A DNA stretch of 64,000 nucleotides from Convolutriloba macropyga (Eukaryota): positions 73,594,001 through 73,658,000 of the forward strand of contig NC_134470.1 of assembly GCF_964194025.1 (NCBI RefSeq), written 5' to 3'. The notes beneath the pieces are model-generated. The model saw only the letters and a program-made list of their open reading frames with translations. It did no database searches and was not told where the DNA came from. The number at the start of each line of letters is the position of its first letter. The stretch's first letter is position 1. The translations under genes were made by a program, and so were the position numbers. Of the stretch, positions 1-11,003 are shown piece by piece.

Positions 1-849
1 TGATCCACAAGAGCAATTCTTTTTAACATCAGGACAGTGCTGGGTTACAAAATTGAAGATGAGGTTTTGCTATCTCAAGGATTTATGTTGTTGTGAATAT
101 AGTTTTTGAAATTTTCCATGGGAGCATTTTCTTTGCTTTTACCTGTCTCAGAGGCTGCCCAGGTTTTAAACGTGTAACAGCTGGATAATAACTTTAGGTT
201 TGTTTGTGCCGGAGGAAAAATTTGACACCTAATTAGTGTATATTAATTTAACGCTTTGACGAGGCTCCTAGAAGTTACCAAGTTAAAAAAAAACAAAACA
301 ATGCAAAACTGCAGTACATTTGTATACGCTGCTCTGATGATACTTAATGGGGCTAAGTCTTCTGTCCACTGAGTTCGTCATTCCCGTTTTGTGTTTTTTT
401 TAAATAGAAATTTGAAAAAAAAAGTTTCAAAGATTTGAAAAGCTACAACAGATTTATTGCTCAGAAGCAGGCAATTTAATGTCTCTTTATTCATTTTATA
501 TTGTTATCTTATATTGTTATCTTTATATTATTCTGTTGGACTGTTTACTCCAATTGTAACCTTAGCTTATAATTATTCTCCTTCTGATTAGAGAAAATTT
601 AATTTTTTTGAGCGTGAATTTTGAGCAAATCGGGAATCAAGCGTTTTTTAATAAATTTTTCCAGAAACTAAAATCAGCTCCATTTCTTAAGTTCTCATAT
701 TTCTTAAGTGTTCCTAATACGTTCACAATCTGTTTAGCTTTTCTCTATAACGGTCTCAACGTAACGGCAAGATAAAACGTCATTCAAACATGGTTCGGCT
801 CTTCTTATTTGCTATTTCAATTTGACAGGATCTGGTTTCGAACTCTTTG

Positions 850-1150
850 GTCGCACTATTTCAACTCATGATCAGGCATCAACGAATCATAGTCGCAAAG
901 AGTCTGATATTCACGCCTTAATTCGAATCATAATCGGACTCAATCGAATCATAGTACCGCAAAATCTTCCTGAATCGCCCTAATTCGGTTAATCAAATCG
1001 AGAAAAATAGAATCATAGTCTGATTAAATTGAAAAATGGGCTTGAAAGCTTGCAACATCGCGAATCATAGTCTGATTAATTCCCTCTCATAGTCGCCTTA
1101 TTTCACAAAATGGACCTGATTGATCAAAACAGTGCGAATCATGTTCTGAA
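850..1150. repeat. Degenerate tandem array of a (C)GAATCATAGTC(TGATT) motif
   Basis: About 7 variants of GAATCATAGTC at roughly 884, 925, 946, 1010, 1062, 1086 and 1136, with irregular spacing. Confidence 0.7.
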
Positions 1151-1179
1151 TAATTTCCACAAATTGTCGAAAAACGAAT

Positions 1180-2482
1180 CGTCAATTGAAATGAAATTAA
1201 TTTGTAAAAACGGGCGTTTCGAAAAATTGCGTTCATGGTCAGTTTGACTTGAAAATGATGCACACATCAAAAACAAATCACAAAGAATTTGTGTTACTAA
1301 ATTTACCTTACTCTACGAAATAACGACAAATATGTGAATTTGTTTACAGTTTAATATACATATAAAACATTTTATTCACTTTCAAAACATTCAACAAATT
1401 ATTATCTTTATCCGGAGTTTTTCAAAACTCTTGTTTTCACAACTCTTTCATACCCTGGACGGGACGGGAGTTTTTGCCGTCAATCCTATCTGTTTTTAAA
1501 TTCGCGGGTTTGGATTTGACGAAATTGCCGTTTAACATTTTTTTTTTCAAATTTCGGAAGATAATTTTTTTATTTGACCATTGTTTTTGTGTAAATTCCA
1601 ACCACCGGTAATCATCTTGCGTATTTAAATTCGTTTTTAACTCATAAACAGCTTCAATTGCCGTAAATTTGCCCACCTTGTGACATGATTTGAGTGTGTA
1701 CCATACAAAATTATGCGCTCGGCCACAACTTTCAACAAGATGTTGTCCTACCGGAGAACCTTCCTTTTGATACTCTGAATTTATAGTGGTAACATGACGA
1801 CTGCTTTGTCCAACATGGATTGATTTGCGTCCTGAGATCTCAAATTTCTCTTAAACTATGATTTCAGGGAAAGCAAACAAGTTCCTAATTATCAAGTTGT
1901 GAAACTGACTTGGATGTTACACAATTCTTTCAACCTACTCGTAAATTTTCGAATGATATTACTTCTGTTTTGACTAAAAAACCCAGCGGCTTATCTTCAA
2001 ATTAGTTAGACTTTTTTTGTGTTGAATTGTTGTTTTTGTTTATTTGGATGTTTTGCTATGTTCTTTTCTTTTTTGATTACTCTGTCAAACGTCTCAATAA
2101 AAATACTGGATGACCACTCTGTTGTATACTGTTTATCTGTAAAGACTTCTTGATTATATTAAAGACTACAGCAAATTTTTTCGATCACTGTTTGCATTGA
2201 GAATCCAATTCATATTCGCTTAAACCACTTTTTCTATACTTTAACGGAGTACAGCTACGGAAAATTCTGCCGGTATCAGTAAAATTTTAATACCAATAGG
2301 AGTAACTTTTGCTGACGTCATATACGGTCACGCTCATTTCTAGGAAGGCCAGGTATGCGTCCTTGCAGAGTCTCTAGAGTGAATTGTAAGTCGGTGAAGC
2401 ATATTTGCATACTCAATGTACTCTTGAGGATTTCCTTTAAGAGGGGACACTGTCATCTACATACCTTTTGAAAAATTTCAAT
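1180..2482 (-). mobile_element. Penelope-like element AC, 3' half (RT catalytic motif, thumb, GIY-YIG endonuclease, 3' tail); pseudogenised
   Basis: Minus-strand translation gives LKFFKRYVDD (~2452-2481), TDTG..FRSC.P (~2250-2280) and the GIY-YIG region HVGQSSRHVTT..SE.QKEGSPVGQHLVESCG...KFTAIEAVY..LNTQDDYR (~1600-1820), with frameshifts. Confidence 0.9.
1215..1242 (-). ncRNA. Degenerate minimal hammerhead-like motif at the 3' end of PLE-AC
   Basis: Minus strand reads CTGACCA-T-GAA-cgcaattt-TTC-GAAACG: one mismatch to CUGANGA, a short stem II and an intact GAAAC, at the position expected in a PLE terminal repeat. Confidence 0.45.
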
Positions 2483-2499
2483 TTGACCACAAAAAAAAA

Positions 2500-2785
2500 C
2501 AAAAATTAATCCGATCGCGAAAACGAAAATCTCCAATTGATAAAATATAAAGAGAAAGACACATTTTAACTGTTTTAAAGTTTTTTAACAAAACTTTTAA
2601 TGTGAAAACTAATTGGAATTTGAGAGAAGTTCCAAAGTTTGAATAGATAATTACGAAACGTTACTGTACGTATGCTTAATTGTAAATCCTAAACTTAACA
2701 AGTTTCTGACTCCTGTCGATGCATGTTATTGCAAAAACGTTTGAATTCAACAGTTTTATATCGGCTTTTAACTCTTTATAGCTAT
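2500..2785 (+). repeat. 5' pLTR copy of PLE-B
   Basis: Diverged direct repeat of ~6190-6460; both share acgttactgta..gtat and gttattgcaaaaacgtttgaattcaaca.tttt.atatcg. Confidence 0.85.
2713..2740 (+). ncRNA. Degenerate minimal hammerhead-like motif in PLE-B 5' pLTR
   Basis: CTGTCGA-TGCAt-gtta-TTGCA-AAAACGT; the core deviates from CUGANGA and GAAA. Confidence 0.4.
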
Positions 2786-2855
2786 ACAAACAGGTCGATA
2801 GTAAGACTTTTAACAATCTGCAGGGTTAGATTAAGGAAGCTAATTAAGAATAACA

Positions 2856-3470
2856 TGTTTTAAGATTAAAAATAAGCGGCGTCAACTCTTTCTCATGCAA
2901 TGAAAGAAGTCACATACGAACGCAGGATAGGATTGTTAACACATAATACAGCAATTCTGGGCCCGAATTTGAACTTGAACTCAAAATCACTTTGAAAGGC
3001 GTCAGATTTTTGGTAGAAAATTGTGGAATTCTCAAAAAACGGCAAGATCTTGTACTTTGGCACAGTACAGTTAACAACACGATCACAAAACACGGATTCA
3101 ACGACCTCAAGCATTGCACTACAGACGATGCCGTGAAGTACTTGCAGCAAAACAGGTTCCGTTGTAAAACTATTGTGTACTGCACACGTAGTGGAGCCCC
3201 GGATTTTGTGAAAAGATTGCTGAAAGCATGTTTTTTGGTAATCCAGGTAACCAAGCACACTATTTCCAGACAAAAACAGCGTGATCTTTGCTGTTTGAAG
3301 CGATACTGTGATTTACGTCAAGAAACTCTATTGGAAGTGAAGACGTTGGATATCATTTGGCAACAACGAAGGAACCTGTTTGGTTTGCTGAAGAGGAGAA
3401 AGGGTAAGTCGATTTTGTGTAGACGCCATCGTCAGTCAAGAGCGAAGCGAAGAGCAACCGAGGCCAACTT
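2856..3470 (+). pseudogene. Accessory upstream ORF of PLE-B (non-RT, possibly SGNH-like fold)
   Basis: Frameshifted ..AASTLSHAMKEV..TAILG.NLN.. joins ORF 2992-3618 (LVLWHSTVNNTITKH...IVYCTRSGAPDF). It lies between the 5' pLTR and the RT ORF. Confidence 0.55.
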
Positions 3471-5970
3471 GGTACCTACGGACTCTGTTGTCCTTAGTTC
3501 TAGTGAACCCCGTTTAAATAAAGCCAGCCTTGCCACTCTGTTGGTTGGAACTGGTTATGAAAAAACTGAAAAACAAAAATTTTTTCGGGAAAAAACGAAC
3601 TTTCAGAGAGGCAGGTAAATGGAAATGGTAGGATATATTTTCTAGAAAAACAAGTTGAAAATGATGTAATACCAGGGTTTCTAAAATTTTAGTTCCAAAA
3701 AATGACGTTTTCTTCGATCACGCTGTATTCGTTTTCAACCTAAGACTACATGAATTAGAACTAAACAAAAAAAAGAAAAAATTAAACAAAGCTTGTCGAA
3801 AAGGCCAACATGAGTGGGAGTGAACTGTGTTGGCACTGAACAAACAATTTTTTGGTGCTGTGGCCTTGATCAGACGCCTATGTTTCCCAAAATTTATTGA
3901 AGAACTTAAACAAATGTTGGGTGCGAAGTTTAAAACGCTGTCAGTACCTCAGCACAAGCCTTTAGAGGAGCAAAATTTTAACTACCTCAGAATACTTAAC
4001 GGCAACTATTGAACAACTTTTGTAGAATATCATCTATCATGTGGCCCAAAACATCCAATCCGCGATGAGTTTAATCATGTGCAATTTGTGGCAGACATGG
4101 ACAAACTGGTCCGCAAGCTCCGGGAGAGCGGAACCAATCTTGAAAACTATGTGAAATTATAGCCTCTGCAAAATGCAGTACGCTAAAGATATCAGGGAAA
4201 CACATGTCGACAGATAATCTGTGGAGGTAGCGAATTTTTGGAAAGATAACGACAGTGTAGCTCTACCTTTTCATGAACGCACTGAGTTTCGCAAAATGAA
4301 GAGAAAATTTTATCGCAAAAATTCATAACGGCTCCCATTTTCAAAAAATTGCAACCGCGGGGGGTAATATTCCTCTGAAGTTTGAAATAGGCCATGCGTT
4401 GCTTGATATGATGAAGAGCTATTTAGTAAACAAAAATATTGTCTAGGGTTACGATCAACGGGAGCACATACTGGGGAGTTTTACGGCATCGCAAATTTGC
4501 ACACGAAAGGAATTCTTTTACACCCAGTGTTGTCTATACTGGGCAGTAGATATTGTAATTTGAATAAACTCCTCACGCCACTCTTATACAAAATACCGGT
4601 TGCTAACATCGAGACCCCAACGCTCAAGGCCCGGAGAAAATTTAAGTCCATCACATTAGAGCATTGTTTGTTTAGAAGAAACGAGCCTATATGCGGATGC
4701 CGCAGTTAGTGAATCAACTGAAATAGATTTGAGGAGCCTGTATTTTAGTGACCACAACCCAGAGATGTCGAGGTCATCTTCAAAATCACTCTTGAAGCTA
4801 GCCACGACAAATTTCTGTTTTAAAAGCAATGATAGGTTTTTTTGTCAGGTGGATGGCTAGCAACAAGAGCAACACCTGGAGTAACTCTGGCAAACGTTTG
4901 GATGAAATCATTTGATTATCAGGTCAAGTCAAACAAAAAGATAGTCATTAAGGTCCCTAAAATCGAACTTTAGGCCTGACTTGACTGCGACAGTAGAGTC
5001 ACTTATAGAGGAAAAAGAGTCGAATGAGAAAATGCGAGAATTGGTAGCTTGAAAGATTCCCGAATTTTACCAATCAGTTTTTTTTCAAAACGAAGGACTT
5101 GGTATGATATTTCTGTACATGCCAGGAAACTATCAAAACAGATTGTGAAAAGGGAATTTAAAAAAATTTATTGGAAAAATATGTAAACGATATCACTGAT
5201 ACTGTAAGTGGTCACCAGATAGTGTGCTCTGAAAAATCAATATTCTTATCAAGAAATTGTAAATCACAAGCTAAAGGACAGAGGAAAATGGTAGTTGAGC
5301 CTTTTTAGACTAGACATCATATATAGCTGTAAAGAAACTAATAGTGAGAGGCACAAGAAATCAACCAATCCGGGGGTAGTCCTGAATTTCCGTAGCTGTG
5401 CACCAATCCAATGTAAGAAAAAAATTGTGAAAGGTACGGTTCAACAAATTTTTAGAAGCACTAGCACATGGCAAAAAATTTTGTCATAACTTTTTAGAAA
5501 AATGAAAATATTTGGTTAAAAACTCAATACCCTGAAGGCCGGTTTCCTAGAATCATCAATGATGCTTCGAAAAAGTTAAATGTAAATACCAACGGAAAAA
5601 GGTATTGCGAGAATGTACAACAAAGGGGACGCAAACCACAAGCAAAAGATAAGCCATTGTTTTTCTTGCAGTACCGAGTTAACATCAGCCTGCAATTGAA
5701 GCAAAAATTGGAAAAAAATGGACAATTTCACCTATATTGACTAAACATGTCGACATTTGACCACGAGCAATTCGGAGCATCAAAAAAAAAAAAGATTCAC
5801 AGGTGGGTCAACATGTGGAATGCTGTGGGGCAACAAGAAATTTTAGTTATAGGATAATAGCCAGGATACCGCAAAATTTATGACCGTAGAAGCTCTACAC
5901 ATTAGTAGACGCGAGCCACAACTGAATACGCCGGACAAGTACAAGAGCTCAGAATTAACATTGAAATATT

Positions 5971-6132
5971 GTATATATTCTCTTTCGGCGCCCGCAGCTT
6001 AGTGAGAGTAAAATTTTTATGAACCCCAGGCACACTTGCTATGTTCTTACATAGTAAAGTGCTATATAACAACATATAATTTTTAACTGGGGGTCATAAA
6101 AAAGACTGGGTTTAACGAAACAGGTTAGATCC
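5971..6132. mobile_element. Merlin-like MITE inserted at the end of the PLE-B ORF
   Basis: Homologous to 62155-62324; degraded TIRs (gtatatattctctttc / gaaacaggttagatcc); 8-bp flanks GAAATATT (5963-5970) and GAATTATT (6133-6140) match 7/8. Confidence 0.85.
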
Positions 6133-6189
6133 GAATTATTTATTGCAGAAAACATGTTCTGCCTGAAAATTCATTGAATGCGCAAAGTT

Positions 6190-6460
6190 AAATCAATCAC
6201 CAAAGAAAATCAACCATCGAGAACTTTAAGACTGAAAGACTCATATGAACAGCTTTTAAATTCTTTTAACATTTTTATGTGAAATCCTATTGGAAGTTGT
6301 GGAGAAAATTTTGAAATTTTAAATAACAGGACACGTTACTGTATGTATCCATATTTGTAAATATGCAATTAAACAAGTTTTTAACGCCTGGCGATGCAAG
6401 TTATTGCAAAAACGTTTGAATTCAACAATTTTTATATCGACTCTCAATTCAGTTTAGCTG
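6190..6460 (+). repeat. 3' pLTR copy of PLE-B
   Basis: Direct repeat of ~2500-2785; ends exactly at the right-hand TSD. Confidence 0.85.
6388..6415 (+). ncRNA. Degenerate minimal hammerhead-like motif in PLE-B 3' pLTR
   Basis: CTGGCGA-TGCAA-gtta-TTGCA-AAAACGT; perfect 5-bp stem II between two near-core motifs. Confidence 0.45.
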
Positions 6461-8500
6461 AAATTTCAATACGTCTTTGTCCTCTGTTTTACCTTTTTCT
6501 GCACAATGCGAACAGATTCATTGAAATTTATGCATGATTTTATACTGCTGGATGAAAACGGTTTTGATTTTGCAAGAAACCAGTATTTGCTTGATTCACA
6601 CTCAAAGCCTTTGGCCGAGAAAGTAATGCATTGGTTACATTTAATGCAGGAGTTTTGATCTTCCCTCCTTCATCGGGTTTCTGCAAGGATTTCTCAAAAG
6701 TCCTCATCCGCAAATTTGCCAGATTCATGGCCAACGAAGCAACCATCGCTAAGGCGTCGGATTGCGCCTACCATGTTTTTACACTACTACCATGTTTCTA
6801 CTACTACTACTGAAAGGGAACGCTGGTTATGGCTAATTTCAAAGGGTTTTCATAGCTGAGCTTGGAATCTCGTCAGTGGAGATCAGTTCTTCTTGAGCAA
6901 TTCCAAGCCTCCTCTACAGGTACATTGGTGTACAGAGTACATTGGTACTATCACGATTTAAAACTTCGAAATGATCGATTTTTAGTTCGGAGCATCTTAA
7001 AGCAGAGTTCATTTCACTGCTCAATGATATACCCCTCCTTGAAATATCGCTCCGCCAAATGTTGCCTGTACGTCATTGGGAAGATATTAAGTGCGTTTGA
7101 TTTGTATAATATAAAATAGCCTTTTTCGCTTTTTTAGCGAAGAAGATAAAGGTTAGCAAGCATTGTTTTGTATATGCTTCTGTTATCCTTGTTAATTGAA
7201 GTTTTGGTAAAATTGAATACATTTGAGAGCCTCCTTTTCGCTTGTCCTGTTCGATTGCTCTATCAAGTGAGTTCTTCATAAATGAACTGGATAGTGCTTT
7301 CAATAGTTCAAAGTTGGTACAGAGACTCGCGTAATCTTTTGCGCAACGTGTAAGTAATTGTAGAGGTAACTAATGCTAAGATTACTTTAGCTTTTTAGGG
7401 TTAATGTAGCACTGGTTGTCGAAAAAGGGAAGCTGTTAGTTCAATTCAACTGTGTGGCTTTTTAATATTGGCATCATTTTTGATCTCCATCCTCTGCCTT
7501 TCAACATTCTTCATTTGTCTTTATATTTTTAGGGTTTATCGGAACCGACTGTTGCAGCGGTAAAATATTATTTTAGGATTCTACAGCAGATCATGAGGAA
7601 ACCATGTTATCCACAATCGTGTTCTGGACTATATAAAAGAGCCGTGAAATTGACCCCAGACGTTAAACGTCGGCATAACGTCAACCCTTTTTCCGCACTG
7701 GTTATATACTCGAGTATAAGTGCTAATATATGGAACTTTTTTTACTTTGATCTCATTGCCTAATTGATGTATTCTGGACATATCTCTTTTATCGCTCAAA
7801 AAGTCAGTATATATGCGGATATAGTAATCTATTTTTGTAGCCATTGAATTGAATTTGTTTTTGAATTTGCAGTCATTGAATTGACCTTCCAAATCGAACA
7901 TTTTACATTGATATCTTCAATAACCTTGTGTACCGTTAGACTATTAACGCTAAGTTTGGAAAATCTTATGAGCTTTGAGATAAATTCTGACGCATTCATT
8001 ATATCAGACATGAAATATAGTCTGTTTTGTCCATTAAGCTTTCATTCATCAAATTTTTCTACATGTTTTAAAAATTGAACTTTGAACTCTAACCTGTGGT
8101 GTTTGAAACGTTTGCTTATTTCAACTTTATGGGACGCGCTATACATGAACTATGCACATCGCTGTTCTTAAATTAATCAAACCAGATCCCGTGTCGGGTT
8201 CCCATTGGTGTAGACAGATTAGCGCAAATCTAGAAATCTAGGAGTTCATTAATAGTCTGAGCATAGTATGAGCAATTGATGAACTTGTATGAGATAACAA
8301 TGATCCATTAATAAGATTCTATGGACCGCGACTCGAAATGGTTGAAAAATTCTTGTAGATTTGGCGTGCAATGATGACCTATATTAGTAAGTGTTGACTT
8401 CTTAAATTTTAAAACCTGCCTTCTGAATCTAAAGAGCGCATGCATCTTCTGAGAACTGCGTTGATATCACTTTGTACAGAATTCAGTAAATACAACTATT
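6461..8500 (-). mobile_element. Penelope-like element AC, 5' half (upstream ORF, N-terminal region, RT fingers, PHD-like insert); pseudogenised
   Basis: Minus strand: RLEFKVQFLKTC (~8060-8095), LYTNVPVEEA (~6905-6940), LAMVASLAMNLANLRMRTFEKSLQKP (~6675-6752), then CIKC...ECES.KYWF...ICSHC and ..DVLKF, ending at the TSD. Confidence 0.88.
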
Positions 8501-9645
8501 TGCTTTTATTTATGCTGGGGAAATTGCTTAAGCATTTGAAATACCTGACATGCATTTAACAGCGCCAGTGGTATGAAAAAATTAAACTGAGACCTGACTT
8601 GCTTACGTGGCCTTAATCTTAATTTGCATTTGATTCGATCTAATGAAATAAAAGCTCGGGGATAATCCAAGATTAGGCAAATTCAGAAAAGAGAAAGAAC
8701 GCAGCAGAATGAAAACTCCTAATGCATTGGATGAAAAATTTTAACCTGAAGAAACAGAGGCTCTTGCCTTAGTCTTTAAAAGAAAAATTGATTTTCCATT
8801 CACACAAAAATCTACCCATTCCATAAAAAGAGAAGCAGCAGTGATGCCAAATTTTTACAGCCTGTGAAGGAAGAAATAAGTTGCATTATAATCCACTGTG
8901 CTAAAGAATCTACGTGTATTCTCTGCTGCTTTAGAACACACTTTTAAAAAGCTAAATAGATTTTTCAGCTCAGCTAAATTTACAGCCTTTTAGCATATGG
9001 CCTTATGCTACTCTGCCGTTGTATAAATACTTTTTTCAAAAATAAAGGCAGGACAATTTATTGTTTACGTCATTTCGCTTTTAATTTACGGTGCTTTTGT
9101 TCATTTAACACAACTAAAATGTTGTGAAAAATTCCCTCGCCCGTAACTAAGCTGTGAAAACTTTTCTGAATTAAAACAGCAAAGATAAACCAACAAAAGC
9201 TCCAAAACCATTCAACGTGTCATCATTAGAAAAGCGTTGAAACTTAAACTTCCGCTTTCAATTTTTCTTTTTATTTTGTGACCATAACTGCATTTTTAGG
9301 CAATTACGGTGGAATAAAGATTGCTTTGAGGCTGCTCTTGAAAAATGTAGGATTAAATGCCACTCTTCAATTCATGAAGCCTTTCTAAATACCTGTCTTG
9401 TGAAATAATTAGTTTGATTAGAGATTTAATTCCGTAAAGTGTAGGTAGAATGTGTTATTTAACCCGCTTTCATCGCATTTTGTGCTTATTATTTCCTCGT
9501 TTCTGCTCATTTCAGTGCTTTTTTCCCCATAACACGTTAGAAACAAGTAGTCTAGAGTGTGTTTTAGTGCGAATAAGTTTAACAAAAAGAGTCCTTTTCC
9601 CACTTTCACCCTACATTAGTACCCTTATACACAGGGACCATCTTG

Positions 9646-9659
9646 GTTGCCATGGCAAC
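9646..9659. promoter_or_regulatory. RFX X-box (perfect palindrome GTTGCCATGGCAAC)
   Basis: Exact match to the canonical 14-bp RFX consensus, followed by a TAGCAAC half-site at 9661-9667, in a repeat-poor island. Confidence 0.65.
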
Positions 9660-10559
9660 GTAGCAACCACCACATCCACTGACGGGGGATATTATATCCT
9701 ACATCCCATTCAAATCTTTCCCCCTTTTCTCCTTTTTCCCTAGCTGGGCTAGCGAACGTTGTGCCTACCGTCCATTCATTCAATCCATTTATCCATACTT
9801 TTTTGCCCCTAATATATCCCCTCGTTTTTTCCTTTTCCCTAGCTTTTCCCCGCAATTCAATCTTTGCCAATTTCTCTTATTTTCCCTATTTCGTCAATCG
9901 CTAGATCCTAGGAGAAAGTAGAAAAATAGCAAAGTAATGGCCTACGCCGTTGTCGTGCTTCACAATGGGAAAAATTGCACATTAGTGTTAAGAAAATGTA
10001 CCCCTTTTTGCTTGTGACGTACGTGGGTTTTCACAATCAGGGTATGAACAAAAAGTACAAAAGTACAAAACGATATAATCGTCTGAAACAGAAAGGCTGA
10101 GAACCCTATACGCTGGTAAGACTTTTCGTTACTTAAACCCACTCGAAAGCTGCAAAATATTCAGCAACATTTAACTTCCAATAAACAAACCGAAATTGCA
10201 AACCCTAGCCCTTTTTAACTTGCAAATCCTTTTTTGCAAGACCTTTCCCTCCCGAAGATAGTAGAGCAAACAAAAAATTCTCTTTCTGTGAGCTTTTTGG
10301 TTCCATCCTTTTCGTTAACCCTACACTAATATCAATACCCGTGTGTACCCGCAACCCAACTCTGTCTTGAGACGTGGACCACTACAAGCGCATGTCGGTA
10401 ATAAGTATGTATGGTATGTGCCTATACGTATGTGTGTATGTATATATGTTGCGTGTGTATGTATATATCTATATGCAGTATAGACTATTGGGTCCTAGCG
10501 GGAATAACGGTGCAGCCTGAGCGCATTTTGGAGCTAAGAAGCCTGCCGGGAGATACCAT

Positions 10560-11003
10560 TAAAAACCAATTCTTTTTGCCCTCCCTCTGAGCTATACTTC
10601 CCCCACCTTCCTCCCTCCCCACTCCATAGCCCTCTCCAATTTTTCCGCTTTAAAATCCCAAATTCACTACCATACCACTGCCTTCTTTTCTCTCTCTCTC
10701 TCCGATTCTTACTGACTAATTTTTCATCATAATCTGCAGCTACAAGACAAACATAATCCTTCCCCGTAAAAAGTGACTTTGGAAATTCAACCAATTCCCT
10801 CAAGTTCAAATCTGACTGACTTAACCAAAGAATCATTAAAATGTTTGAAACGGGAAATCAAAAGCACATTTCTTCTTGACCGAATGAAACTTTGGTCTGA
10901 AAAATTAGTAACTCAATTCCTAATCACAGCAGCCATTAAAACCTCAATTTAATTCCAAATTTGTGAACGCCACACCTGTGCAATCAACTGCAAATGATCT
11001 CAA
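10560..11003 (+). other. Possible non-coding or 5' UTR exon
   Basis: Pyrimidine-rich unique sequence downstream of a GT/GTAT-rich tract, ending at CAA|GTAAGT (GT at 11004). The start is a guess. Confidence 0.25.

Larger units (their letters stand above)
2483..6460 (+). mobile_element. Penelope-like element B, near full length with direct terminal repeats (pLTRs); pseudogenised
   Basis: Decayed PLE peptides: NDVIPGFLKF (~3660), LSCGPKHPIRDEFN..F.ADMDKL (~4035-4110), FYGIANLH..LHPVLS..GS.Y (~4480-4550), NIET (~4605), LANVWMKSF (~4885), KYVNDI (YVDD equivalent, ~5180), VLNFRSCAP (~5378), CRHLTT..SEHQK..QVGQH.ECCG..MTVEAL.I..PQLN..ELTLKY (5748-5970). Flanked by AAATTTCAAT at 2473-2482 and 6461-6470. 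Confidence 0.92.
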
